The position numbers were made by a program, and so were the translations under genes. The notes under the pieces were generated by a model, which worked only from the letters and a program-made list of their open reading frames with translations, was not told the DNA's origin and did no database searches. 64,000 nucleotides of DNA from the NCBI GenBank assembly GCA_004213955.1, contig SGZL01000001.1:111552-175551 (forward strand), written 5' to 3'. Positions within the stretch are counted from its first letter, which is position 1. Each line of letters starts with the position of its first letter. This document shows, piece after piece, positions 39,506 through 48,803 of this stretch. The stretch is from Gammaproteobacteria bacterium (GTDB lineage: Bacteria > Pseudomonadota > Gammaproteobacteria > Magnimaribacterales > AG-339-G14).

Positions 39506-39581
39506 GGGTCGTTAGCTCAGTTGGTAGAGCAGTTGGCTTTTAATCAATTGGTCATAGGTTCGAATCCTATACGACCCACCA
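39506..39581 (+). tRNA. tRNA-Lys (anticodon UUU), CCA encoded
   Basis: Cloverleaf read by hand. Acceptor GGGTCGT/ACGACCC, D-arm GCTC-AGTTGGTA-GAGC, anticodon loop CTTTTAA, T-arm ATAGG-TTCGAATC-CTAT, discriminator A, then CCA. Confidence 0.93.
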
Positions 39582-39587
39582 AAGTTT

Positions 39588-39941
39588 ATGAGTTATTTTT
39601 TAATTTTTATAGGCGGGGGTTTAGGTGCAGGCTCCAGATTTCTTCTTTCAAACGTTTTTGGAAATTTCTCGTTTTTTGGGTTCGGCGTGAGCACATTAAT
39701 TGTCAATATAATAGGATGTTTTTTTATTGGATTTTTTATGGTGGAAGATCAAGATTTTTCTAAGTCTTTATATTTTTTCTTTGTAATTGGTTTTTTAGGT
39801 TCTTTTACAACTTTTTCAACTTTCACCAAGGAAGCAATTTTGTTTTATGAACAAATTGGAATTGTTGAAAGTTTAGTTTATATTTTTATGACTTTCATCA
39901 TTTGTCTAATATCTACTTATCTAAGTTATAAATTTTTTTAA
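39588..39941 (+). CDS. crcB: Fluoride ion channel CrcB/FluC
   Basis: 117 aa, four TM helices. IGGGLGAGSRF and GFLGSFTTFSTF motifs. Confidence 0.9.
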   Translation: MSYFLIFIGGGLGAGSRFLLSNVFGNFSFFGFGVSTLIVNIIGCFFIGFFMVEDQDFSKSLYFFFVIGFLGSFTTFSTFTKEAILFYEQIGIVESLVYIFMTFIICLISTYLSYKFF

Positions 39942-39944
39942 AAA

Positions 39945-40298
39945 ATGAGTAAGACAATCTTTCAAAAAATTATAGATAGAGAAATTCCTTCCGAAATATT
40001 ATATGAAGACGAGCTTTGCATTGTAATAAAAGATATTGCTCCTAAAGCTCCCGTGCATCTTTTAGTTATTCCAAAAAAATTAATTACAAAACTCTCAGAA
40101 AGTTCAGAAGAAGATACTAAATTACTTGGACATTTGATGGGAATAGTGAGAGAAATGGCTAAAGAATTCGAGATAGAGGAAGCTTTCAATGTGATTATAA
40201 ATAATGGAAAAAAAGCAGGGCAGACTGTTTTTCACCTTCATATTCATATTCTAGGTGGCGATAAAGTCGAGCTGTCTTCAGAATTAGTTACAGATTAG
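39945..40298 (+). CDS. hinT: HIT-family nucleotide hydrolase (HinT-like)
   Basis: Histidine triad HLHIHILGG. Confidence 0.88.
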   Translation: MSKTIFQKIIDREIPSEILYEDELCIVIKDIAPKAPVHLLVIPKKLITKLSESSEEDTKLLGHLMGIVREMAKEFEIEEAFNVIINNGKKAGQTVFHLHIHILGGDKVELSSELVTD

Positions 40299-40300
40299 TT

Positions 40301-41728
40301 TTAAGATAATTCTCTAAGAGCTTTTTTTGTTTCAAATATATCTTCCAGCCTGTTAACTATTGATTCTCTTATCTCAAAGAAATTTTTTGATAGTTTCAAT
40401 GCCTCTCTTAGTTGAAAGATAGCTGCATCATATCTTCCAGTAAGCATAAAATATTCTGCTCTGGATCTATGAAGACCTAATATGTTTCCGGCTAGGCCTT
40501 GAGCTTCGGCAAGTTGATACCAAACAGAGGGGTCTGAGGATCTATTCCTGCTTAATTCGCTTAAAATTATTTCTGCTTCCCTAGCTTGATTGTTTTGTAA
40601 GTAAGCTTTGGAAAGAATTTTAGAAATAGCATAATTATTTTTGTTTAAACTTAACAATGTTTCGCCGACTGATACTGCTTCAAAGTTATTTTCTTCCTCT
40701 AAATGAAGCTCCATCAAGGTAGTTTGTAAAATTAAATTGTTTGGAAATTGATCTAGTAGAGCTCTTAAAAGTTTAAATGCTGAAGGGAAGTTTTTTAATT
40801 TTTTGTGTGACAAAACTAAACCATACTCAGCAGCTGCAATTGATTTTTGATTTATGTTGGAACGCAATATGGTTTCAAATTCCTTTATCTGATCTCTAGG
40901 ACTATTTGAAGAGGATACTATTGATCTTGCTTTAATTAAATAAAAGTCTAGCGAGTCTCTATATTCTCTTTTTTGTTCTATGGAATTTTCTCTTAGTCGA
41001 GCATCGGTAATTCTTTCTTTTGGAAGAGGGTGACTCATAAGATAAGAAAACTCTTCATCATTTGCTCCTCTAGATCTTTGAAGTTTCTGAAACATACTAG
41101 ACATTCCTTTAGGATCGAATCCAGCTCTCACGAGATTGTTAAAACCAATTCTATCCGCTTCTTTTTCATTACTTCTAGTGTAATTGATAGAAAGTTGTTG
41201 AATAAGAGCAGGGCCAAGATAGATTCCCTCAGGGCTTCCTGAAGCTGCTGCAACTGCAACACTTCCTAGAATGAGAAGGGCGTTTCCTAACGCAGTAACT
41301 TGAGATTGAGATCTTGCAAAATGCCTTTGACTTAAATGTGCTAATTCATGACACATGACTGATGCAAATTCTGATTCAAAATCTGTTTTAAGGAACATGC
41401 CTTTATTAATTCCAATAATTCCTCCTGGCGCAGCAAATGCATTGATTGATTCATCATCAATTACAACAAATTCGTATCTCCTATCTCTCACTTCACTAGT
41501 CTCGGAAATTCTATATATCAAATCTTCTATGTAAGTAGTTGTTAAAGGATCTTCATACTCCTTTACTGATGATCTAAAAATTGAAAGCCACAATCTTCCT
41601 AAGTCATATTCTCCAGACAATGAAATAGAAGCCGAAGATGGATCTCCCAATAAAGGAAGGTTATCTTCTGATTGATTAAGAGAGATAGTGGAAAAAGACA
41701 AAAGTAAAAATAAATAAAAATATTTCAT
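40301..41728 (-). CDS. bepA: Periplasmic M48 metalloprotease with TPR domain (BepA/YfgC-like)
   Basis: Signal peptide. HELAHLSQRH (HExxH). C-terminal TPR-like repeats. Confidence 0.82.
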   Translation of the reverse strand: MKYFYLFLLLSFSTISLNQSEDNLPLLGDPSSASISLSGEYDLGRLWLSIFRSSVKEYEDPLTTTYIEDLIYRISETSEVRDRRYEFVVIDDESINAFAAPGGIIGINKGMFLKTDFESEFASVMCHELAHLSQRHFARSQSQVTALGNALLILGSVAVAAASGSPEGIYLGPALIQQLSINYTRSNEKEADRIGFNNLVRAGFDPKGMSSMFQKLQRSRGANDEEFSYLMSHPLPKERITDARLRENSIEQKREYRDSLDFYLIKARSIVSSSNSPRDQIKEFETILRSNINQKSIAAAEYGLVLSHKKLKNFPSAFKLLRALLDQFPNNLILQTTLMELHLEEENNFEAVSVGETLLSLNKNNYAISKILSKAYLQNNQAREAEIILSELSRNRSSDPSVWYQLAEAQGLAGNILGLHRSRAEYFMLTGRYDAAIFQLREALKLSKNFFEIRESIVNRLEDIFETKKALRELS

Positions 41729-41785
41729 TTAAAAAAGTATAATTCTTAAGATAAGGTATTTTAATTAAATATCGTCTTATTTTAT

Positions 41786-42841
41786 ATGGTCAAATTCTTA
41801 AAAAATTTTTTTGATACTTATTTTTTTAAAGAAGAGCAATACGCGGCTTTGGTCTTATTACTGATTGCTTTGGTTTTAATTTATTTTGTTGGAAGCTTAA
41901 TTACCCCTTTTTTTGTTGCCTTACTAATTGCTTATTTATTAAATGGAGCAATGGCTTTTTTTGGCACCAGGGGAGCGTCAAAAAGAACCGCATTGTCTCT
42001 AGCATTTATAATTTTCACAGCTTTTTATGTTTCTATTTTTTTACTTCTTCCTTTAATAACCTCTCAAATCGGATCATTAATAAATGAGCTTCCTGCAATT
42101 GCAAATTATGTAGAAAAACTTGCCCAAAATTTATTAAAAGCTTATCCAGAACTCTTTTCACAAAGTCAGGTTGATGGGCTAGTTGGAAGCATAACTTCTT
42201 TCTTTCCATCCATTGCAGAGCAAATTTTGATCCAAATGAACGCTGGTTTTTCTGCGATGATGAATGCTCTGATATATATAATTTTAATCCCTTTCTTTGT
42301 TTTTTTCTTTTTAAAAGATAAAACTGAAATGATTGAATACGCTACTTATTTTCTACCCAAAAATTCACAACTTCTATCAACCCTTTGGTCTGATTTAAAT
42401 GTTCAATTATTTGGCTATATTAGAGGAAAAGCCTTAGAAATGATTATTGTTGGGTTTATAACTTCAATTGTCTTTGCGTTAATAGGTGTTAACTACTCTA
42501 TTTTGTTGGGAATTATGGTCGGCTTATCAGTTTTAGTCCCTTTATTTGGAGCAATTATTGTAACTATACCTGTCGTTGCGATAGGTTTATTTCAATATGG
42601 ATTAGAGTCTACTTTCTTTATATTTTTAGCAAGCTATTTAATTATACAAACCTTAGATGGAAACTTTTTATTTCCCTTGCTATTGGGAAGAGAAGTAAAT
42701 TTACATCCCGTATTAATTATATTAGCAATTCTAATTTTTGGAGGTATTTGGGGTTTTTGGGGCCTTTTATTAGCTGTACCGATTGCTACTTTTATTAGAG
42801 CTATTTTAAGAGTTTGGCCAAAAAAAGAATTAACTAGCTGA
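41786..42841 (+). CDS. AI-2E family transporter (PerM-like permease)
   Basis: 351 aa, about 8 TM helices, with the typical C-terminal LLAVPIA segment. Confidence 0.7.
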   Translation: MVKFLKNFFDTYFFKEEQYAALVLLLIALVLIYFVGSLITPFFVALLIAYLLNGAMAFFGTRGASKRTALSLAFIIFTAFYVSIFLLLPLITSQIGSLINELPAIANYVEKLAQNLLKAYPELFSQSQVDGLVGSITSFFPSIAEQILIQMNAGFSAMMNALIYIILIPFFVFFFLKDKTEMIEYATYFLPKNSQLLSTLWSDLNVQLFGYIRGKALEMIIVGFITSIVFALIGVNYSILLGIMVGLSVLVPLFGAIIVTIPVVAIGLFQYGLESTFFIFLASYLIIQTLDGNFLFPLLLGREVNLHPVLIILAILIFGGIWGFWGLLLAVPIATFIRAILRVWPKKELTS

Positions 42842-43297
42842 GATAATAGTTTCTAAAACTTCTTCAGCATGTCCTGGAACTTTTACTTTTCTCCATTCTC
42901 TTACTAACTTACCTTTTTCATCAATAAGGAATGTGCTTCTTTCAATTCCCATATATTTCTTTCCGTACATATTTTTTTCTTTGATAACATCAAAAAGATT
43001 ACATAAGGATTCTTCAGGATCTGAAATTAATTCAAATGGAAAATTAAATTTTTCAATAAAGCCTTCATGTGACTTTATGCTTTCTCTAGAAACTCCATAA
43101 ATTTCGGCATTAAGCTTCTTAAATTGAGGGTACAAGTCCCGAAAATTTTCACCTTCAGTAGTACATCCAGGTGTATTATCTTTAGGATAAAAATAAATGA
43201 CCACTTTTTTTCCTAGTAAATCTTTTGAACTTAGTTCAGTTTTTCCAGTAACTGATACTTTAAAATTTGGGATTTTTTTATTAATTTCTACTTTCAT
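42830..43297 (-). CDS. bcp: Thiol peroxidase Bcp (peroxiredoxin)
   Basis: FYPKDNTPGCTTE active-site motif. Confidence 0.9.
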   Translation of the reverse strand: MKVEINKKIPNFKVSVTGKTELSSKDLLGKKVVIYFYPKDNTPGCTTEGENFRDLYPQFKKLNAEIYGVSRESIKSHEGFIEKFNFPFELISDPEESLCNLFDVIKEKNMYGKKYMGIERSTFLIDEKGKLVREWRKVKVPGHAEEVLETIISAS

Positions 43298-43345
43298 ATT
43301 TAGAATTAAATTATTAATTAAAATTAATATAAAATAAAGTATTTA

Positions 43346-44236
43346 ATGAAGATTTCGGGCGCAATCACAGCATTAGCAACTCCAATGAAGGTTGATGGAT
43401 CATTGGATTTTACTTCTCTTGAAAAGTTAATTGAATTTCAAATTTCAGAAGGTATCGATGCTTTAGTTGCTGTTGGAACTACCGGAGAATCTGCAACAGT
43501 AGATGTTAATGAACACTTAGAAATTGTTAGTTTCTTCATAGAAATTTCTAAAGGCAGAGTTCCAATTATTGCTGGAACTGGAGCAAATTCCACAAAAGAG
43601 GCTATTGAATTAACTGAAGAAGCAAGAGTATTGGGAGCAGATGCAGCTTTATTAGTATCGCCTTATTATAATAAACCAACTCAAGAGGGGCTTTTTCAAC
43701 ACTTCTCTAAAATTGCAGAAGCTGTTGATTTACCTCAAATTATTTACAATGTTCCTTCAAGAACCGCAAGCAATATTGAAGTTGATACAGTTAAAAGACT
43801 TTGTTCAATTAAAAATATAATAGGTATAAAAGACGCAACAGGAGATATGGATATCTTTGAGGATCTAAAAAAACAATGTTCACTAGAAATTGATTCAGGC
43901 AACTTTGCTATATATTCTGGAGATGATGAAACTTCTTTTGATTTTATTTCTAGAGGTGGACATGGAACAATTTCAGTAACTTCTAATATACTGCCTAAAT
44001 TAGTATCAGAAATGTATGAGGCTGCAAAAAATAATTCGCATTCAGGAAAAGATTTAAACGAACGATTGTCAAAAATAAATAAGCTTTTATTTTTAGAATC
44101 AAATCCAATACCTGTTAAATTTGCTTTAAATTCTATGGGTATAATAGACAAAGGTATAAGGCTCCCATTAACATGGCTTGATGAAAAATTTCATCAAGAT
44201 ATACAGAACGAATTAAATAATCTTAAATTAATTTAA
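43346..44236 (+). CDS. dapA: 4-hydroxy-tetrahydrodipicolinate synthase
   Basis: GTTGESAT motif. 296 aa. dapA-bamC synteny. Confidence 0.94.
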   Translation: MKISGAITALATPMKVDGSLDFTSLEKLIEFQISEGIDALVAVGTTGESATVDVNEHLEIVSFFIEISKGRVPIIAGTGANSTKEAIELTEEARVLGADAALLVSPYYNKPTQEGLFQHFSKIAEAVDLPQIIYNVPSRTASNIEVDTVKRLCSIKNIIGIKDATGDMDIFEDLKKQCSLEIDSGNFAIYSGDDETSFDFISRGGHGTISVTSNILPKLVSEMYEAAKNNSHSGKDLNERLSKINKLLFLESNPIPVKFALNSMGIIDKGIRLPLTWLDEKFHQDIQNELNNLKLI

Positions 44237-45193
44237 ATGAAATTTTTATTATTTTCTCTTTTAATTTTTCTTCTATCGTCTTGTGCAACTGGCCCTAAGG
44301 ATTCTAGATCTAACAAATATTTAAAAGAGAAAAATAATAAAACTTTAGAAGAAATTATCGATGACGACATAAATGATTCAATAGATTTTTACCCAATACC
44401 TAGTACTGCAGTAAATGAGTCATCTCAGGCCTATGATTTACCTATGCCGAATCAATTCTTTTCAGCGGAAAATAAAAATGAAATTAGATTGCATTCTTTA
44501 GGTGAGATTAGATGGATATATGTTGGTTTGGAGCCAAGTAAAGTATGGCCTATTTTAAAAGAGTATTTGGAAAATGATAATTTTGTCGAATTAGGTGCTA
44601 TAGACCCAAATAAAGGAATAATGGAAAGTAAGACCTTTGATCATTTAGGAAAATTATCTAAATTTGAATATAAATTAGAAAGAGGGTTGCAAAGAGAAAG
44701 TTCTGAATTATTCATTTCTCATTTAGTAAAAGAAAAAGATAATTGGGTAAAAATTAAATTAGAGACTGAGTTAGTAGAAAGTAATTCAAAAAAATTACTA
44801 GATTATTTTGGAAATTCTGGACCAATAAGTGGTACTTCATTAATTGCTTTAAATTTAAATAATGAAGATAAGGCTATTGTTTTTGAAGATGAAGAAGGAG
44901 GAGACACAAAAATTAAAGTTATGATAGGTTTTCCTAGGGCTTGGGCTGCGGTTGAAAGGTCAATTAAAATTGCTGGATTAGAATTAATAGATAAAAATAG
45001 AGATGAAGGAAGGTTTTATTTATCTTTTAAAAGAGACTCTTCTTTTTTCAGTAGGAACGAAAGCGATCAAGTAATTCAAGTAAGAATAAATAAAATTGAG
45101 GAAAATATTTCAATAATTTCTGTTTTCATGGAAAATAAAGACTTAGAGATTTCTCGTGAAATTATTTCTCAAATAAATCAGGCGCTCACTTAA
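44237..45193 (+). CDS. bamC: Outer-membrane lipoprotein, BamC (NlpB)-like
   Basis: Lipobox LLSSC. Immediately downstream of dapA, as bamC is in E. coli. The sequence itself is weakly diagnostic. Confidence 0.6.
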   Translation: MKFLLFSLLIFLLSSCATGPKDSRSNKYLKEKNNKTLEEIIDDDINDSIDFYPIPSTAVNESSQAYDLPMPNQFFSAENKNEIRLHSLGEIRWIYVGLEPSKVWPILKEYLENDNFVELGAIDPNKGIMESKTFDHLGKLSKFEYKLERGLQRESSELFISHLVKEKDNWVKIKLETELVESNSKKLLDYFGNSGPISGTSLIALNLNNEDKAIVFEDEEGGDTKIKVMIGFPRAWAAVERSIKIAGLELIDKNRDEGRFYLSFKRDSSFFSRNESDQVIQVRINKIEENISIISVFMENKDLEISREIISQINQALT

Positions 45194-45195
45194 AT

Positions 45196-45912
45196 ATGTT
45201 AGAAAGAAAGGAATTACTTAAGACAGGTAAAGCAAAATCTCTTTACCACACCGATGATCCATCAAAGTTAATTATGGAATATAAAGACGATACATCAGCT
45301 TTTGATGGAAAAAAAATTGAACAAATAGCTGGAAAAGGGACCGTCAATAATAGATTCAATAGTCATATTATGGAGCACTTAAAGAAGAACGATATTCCTA
45401 ATCATCATTTAGAAGTTTCAAACCCAAATGAAAGCATAGTCATGTCTTTGGATATGTTCCCAATAGAATGTGTAGTAAGGAATTTTGCTGCAGGAAGTAT
45501 CTGTAAAAGACTAGGTCTAGAGGAGGGAATGAAAATGGAACCTCCTATATTTGAATTTTTTTATAAAGATGATGAGCTAGGGGATCCATTAATAAATGAC
45601 TGCCACATTACTGCCTTTGGATGGGCCAATGAAAAAGATATAGAAGCAATGAAAGATTTAACTTTAAAGACTAATTCAATTTTAGTTTCTTTATTTGATG
45701 CCGCAGATTTAATCTTGGTAGATTTTAAAATTGAATTTGGTTTGGCTGATGGAAAAATTTTATTGGGCGACGAATTTACTCCCGATGGTTGCAGGGTCTG
45801 GGACAAGGAAACAAAAAAGAAACTTGATAAAGACAGATTTAGATTAGGGCTTGGCGATGTGGTCGAATCGTATCAGGAAATAGCTCACAGATTAGGAATA
45901 GACTTAACTTAA
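45196..45912 (+). CDS. purC: Phosphoribosylaminoimidazole-succinocarboxamide synthase
   Basis: GKAKSLY N-terminus. DEFTPDGCRVWD motif. Confidence 0.94.
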   Translation: MLERKELLKTGKAKSLYHTDDPSKLIMEYKDDTSAFDGKKIEQIAGKGTVNNRFNSHIMEHLKKNDIPNHHLEVSNPNESIVMSLDMFPIECVVRNFAAGSICKRLGLEEGMKMEPPIFEFFYKDDELGDPLINDCHITAFGWANEKDIEAMKDLTLKTNSILVSLFDAADLILVDFKIEFGLADGKILLGDEFTPDGCRVWDKETKKKLDKDRFRLGLGDVVESYQEIAHRLGIDLT

Positions 45913-46956
45913 ACTTTCATTTATTTTTTCTAAAGTCTTTTCTCCTGGACAAAGTTCTCCCTGTTTTAGCTGATTAAGAGGTGTTTTTGTCAGATTTAGT
46001 GTTTCGTGTAAATCTTCAGAAGATTCATCAAAATAAAGTAAACCGGTAAGTAGTTTTCCTTCTTCACTCTTCTCACGGATATAACTTAAAGAATTACCAG
46101 GATTAGTTGGATCAAATTTTGAATTTACTTTTTCTAAAGCAATTTTCGAGCCATCATGAAGATTTACTTCAACCGAAGAACCCGATTTATAAGATGTTGT
46201 AATTTCTTCTCCAAGAGGAACAAAATCGGTCTTACCTACTGCTTCATTATGATTTCTAATGTAATCATAACTTTTAGTTGAAGAATCATGGTTATTAAAA
46301 GTTACACAGGGGCTAATAATATCTAGTAAAGCGAAACCTTTATGTTGAATTGCTCCTTTAATTAAAGGAATAAGTTGATCTCTATCTCCAGAAAAACTTC
46401 TTGCAACATAACTAGCACCTAATTGGATTGCCATAGATGCTAAATCGATGGGCTTAAATAAGTTATCTTCTCCATATTTATTCTTAGATTCTAAGTCGTT
46501 AGTTGCTGAAAATTGGCCTTTTGTGAGTCCATAAGTACCATTATTTTCTACAAAATAAACCATATTAATTTGTCTTCTTATCGCATGAATAAACTGACCA
46601 ATACCAATTGATGCGCTGTCACCATCTCCTGAGATACCAAGGTAAAGTAAATCACCGTTAGCACAATTCGCGCCTGTGGCAACTGAAGGCATTCTGCCAT
46701 GAACTGAATTAAATCCATGAGATTGATTTAAAAAATAAGCAGGTGCTTTGGAAGAACAGCCAATGCCAGAAAGTTTAGCTACTTTATAAGCTTCAATATT
46801 TAATTGGAAACATGCCTCAATAATGCAAGCACTTATTGAATCATGACCACATCCAGCGCATAAAGTTGATATAGCTCCTTCATAGTCTCTTCTAGTAAGC
46901 CCAAGTTTATTTTGTTCAAGTCTAGGGTGATGATTTATTGGTTTAATGAAAGACAT
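45904..46956 (-). CDS. korB: 2-oxoacid:ferredoxin oxidoreductase, beta (TPP/[4Fe-4S]) subunit
   Basis: CAGCGH, GIGCSSK and SPCVTFN cluster cysteines. TPP motif GDGDSASIG...VENNGTYGLTKGQ. Confidence 0.88.
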   Translation of the reverse strand: MSFIKPINHHPRLEQNKLGLTRRDYEGAISTLCAGCGHDSISACIIEACFQLNIEAYKVAKLSGIGCSSKAPAYFLNQSHGFNSVHGRMPSVATGANCANGDLLYLGISGDGDSASIGIGQFIHAIRRQINMVYFVENNGTYGLTKGQFSATNDLESKNKYGEDNLFKPIDLASMAIQLGASYVARSFSGDRDQLIPLIKGAIQHKGFALLDIISPCVTFNNHDSSTKSYDYIRNHNEAVGKTDFVPLGEEITTSYKSGSSVEVNLHDGSKIALEKVNSKFDPTNPGNSLSYIREKSEEGKLLTGLLYFDESSEDLHETLNLTKTPLNQLKQGELCPGEKTLEKINESLS

Positions 46957-46958
46957 TT

Positions 46959-48803
46959 TTAACGCTCTTTAATATTTTTGTGAGATTTATAATTAACTTC
47001 TCGTTCAGAAATTTTGTTTACAATGTAAGCAGCCTCTATAGGATCGCCTGTAAAGTGAACTAAAGGTCTTAAAATTTCTGCTGAAATTCCTCCTTCGGCC
47101 ATAATTAATGTTCTCATTTGACTATCTCTATTTTGTTCAACAACATAAATTCGGTCATGATTCGCAATAAATTCCCAGACATCAAGGTTAAAAGGGAATG
47201 ATCTTATTTGCATTAAATCAACATTAATATTTTTAGTCTTCAAAATATCTTTCGCTTCTAGAACTGCCGGTTTAGAGCTTCCATAAAAAATTATTCCGCA
47301 GCTATCCTCGCCGTTTATTTCTATTAACGGTTCAGGAACAAGTTCAGAAGCAGTTCTAAATTTTCTCATTAGTCTCGTTAAAGTTTCAGCATTCACATTT
47401 CCATCTTCTGTGTATCTAGCGTATTCATCATGAGATGTACCTCTAGTAAAATAGGCTCCTTTCTCTGGATGAGTTCCAGGGTAAGTTCTATAACAAATGC
47501 CATCATTATCAGAATCTAAATATCTTCCATAAGATTCTAATTTTTCTAAATCTTCATAATTTAGTACTTTTCCTCTGTTATAAGAGATCGAATCATCCCA
47601 ATCAAATTTTTCGCAAACCCAGTCATTCATTCCCATATCTAAGTCGCTGACAACAAAAACAGGAGTCTGAAGTTGATCAGCCAAATCAAAAGCTTTTGCA
47701 GAAAAATCAAAACAATCTTTAGGATCTGCTGGAAAGAGTAAGACATGTTTCGTATCTCCATGCGAAGCGTAAGCACAAGCCAGAACATCGGATTGTTGTG
47801 TTCTTGTTGGCATGCCGGTGGAAGGTCCTCCTCGCTGAACATTAAAAATTACCAGAGGAATTTCCGCAAAGTAGGCTAATCCCAAAAATTCACTCATGAG
47901 TGAAATACCTGGACCACTCGTTGCAGTAAAAGCTCTTGCACCATTCCAATTAGCGCCAATAGCCATTCCTACCGCAGCTAGTTCGTCTTCTGCTTGGACA
48001 CTCGCGTAGAGATTTTTTCCACTATTCTCCTCAACTCTGTATTTTTTTGCGTACTTCTCGTATCCTTCAGCTAATGAAGTGGAAGGTGTAATAGGGTACC
48101 AAGAACAAAAAGTAGCTCCACCATAAACCGCGCCTAGGCCTGCAGCTTCATTTCCAGAGATAAGAATTTTATTTTCTAACAATTTTCTTCTAGATAATTT
48201 TATTCCAATTGGATAATCAAGATTTTCTAAAACGTAATCTCTTCCTAAATTTAACGCTTTAATATTAGGTTCAATCAAAGCAGGTTTATTTACAAATTGT
48301 TCTGAGATAATTTTTTCTAAAACTTCATATTCTATTTCCATTAAAGCAGATAAAGCTCCAACGTAAGCTATGTTTTTAAATAGAGCCCTTTGTTTAGGGT
48401 TCTTAAATGAATCAACGCAAAGTTGAGTTAATGGTATTTCAATAATGTTAATGTCAGATCTATTAAAATTTCTTTTCCAAGTTGAATCATAAAGAAGATA
48501 ACCTCCCTCAGATATTTCATCTATGTCCTTCGAATAACTTTGAGGATTCATAGCAACGGCAATATCAACTCCTCCTCTTTGACCTAAATAACCTTTTTCA
48601 CTAACTCTAACCTCAAACCAAGTAGGTAAACCTTGAATATTTGATGGAAAAATATTTTTTGGGCTTACAGGAATACCCATTCTAAAAATTGCTTTTGCAA
48701 ACATTTGATTTGCACTAGCCGAACCAGTCCCATTGACATTTGCAAATTTAATTACAAAATCGTTAACTGCTTCAATGGATTGAAAAGATTTGGGTTCAAG
48801 CAT
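46959..48803 (-). CDS. korA: 2-oxoacid:ferredoxin oxidoreductase, alpha subunit (fused alpha/gamma type)
   Basis: 614 aa. GNEAAGLGAVYGG...YPITPST motif. Its start shares 1 nt with the upstream stop (TAATG). Confidence 0.88.
   Translation of the reverse strand: MLEPKSFQSIEAVNDFVIKFANVNGTGSASANQMFAKAIFRMGIPVSPKNIFPSNIQGLPTWFEVRVSEKGYLGQRGGVDIAVAMNPQSYSKDIDEISEGGYLLYDSTWKRNFNRSDINIIEIPLTQLCVDSFKNPKQRALFKNIAYVGALSALMEIEYEVLEKIISEQFVNKPALIEPNIKALNLGRDYVLENLDYPIGIKLSRRKLLENKILISGNEAAGLGAVYGGATFCSWYPITPSTSLAEGYEKYAKKYRVEENSGKNLYASVQAEDELAAVGMAIGANWNGARAFTATSGPGISLMSEFLGLAYFAEIPLVIFNVQRGGPSTGMPTRTQQSDVLACAYASHGDTKHVLLFPADPKDCFDFSAKAFDLADQLQTPVFVVSDLDMGMNDWVCEKFDWDDSISYNRGKVLNYEDLEKLESYGRYLDSDNDGICYRTYPGTHPEKGAYFTRGTSHDEYARYTEDGNVNAETLTRLMRKFRTASELVPEPLIEINGEDSCGIIFYGSSKPAVLEAKDILKTKNINVDLMQIRSFPFNLDVWEFIANHDRIYVVEQNRDSQMRTLIMAEGGISAEILRPLVHFTGDPIEAAYIVNKISEREVNYKSHKNIKER

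Noticed and set aside
39582-39587. Looked for a fluoride riboswitch upstream of crcB
   Set aside because: Only 6 nt separate the tRNA-Lys CCA end from the crcB ATG, and the upstream sequence is the tRNA itself. There is no room for the ~50-nt riboswitch fold.
39521-39763. 80-aa ORF in the six-frame track starting inside tRNA-Lys
   Set aside because: It begins within the tRNA gene and runs out of frame across the well-supported crcB gene. Its translation has no recognisable features. It is a by-product of the tRNA and crcB sequence.
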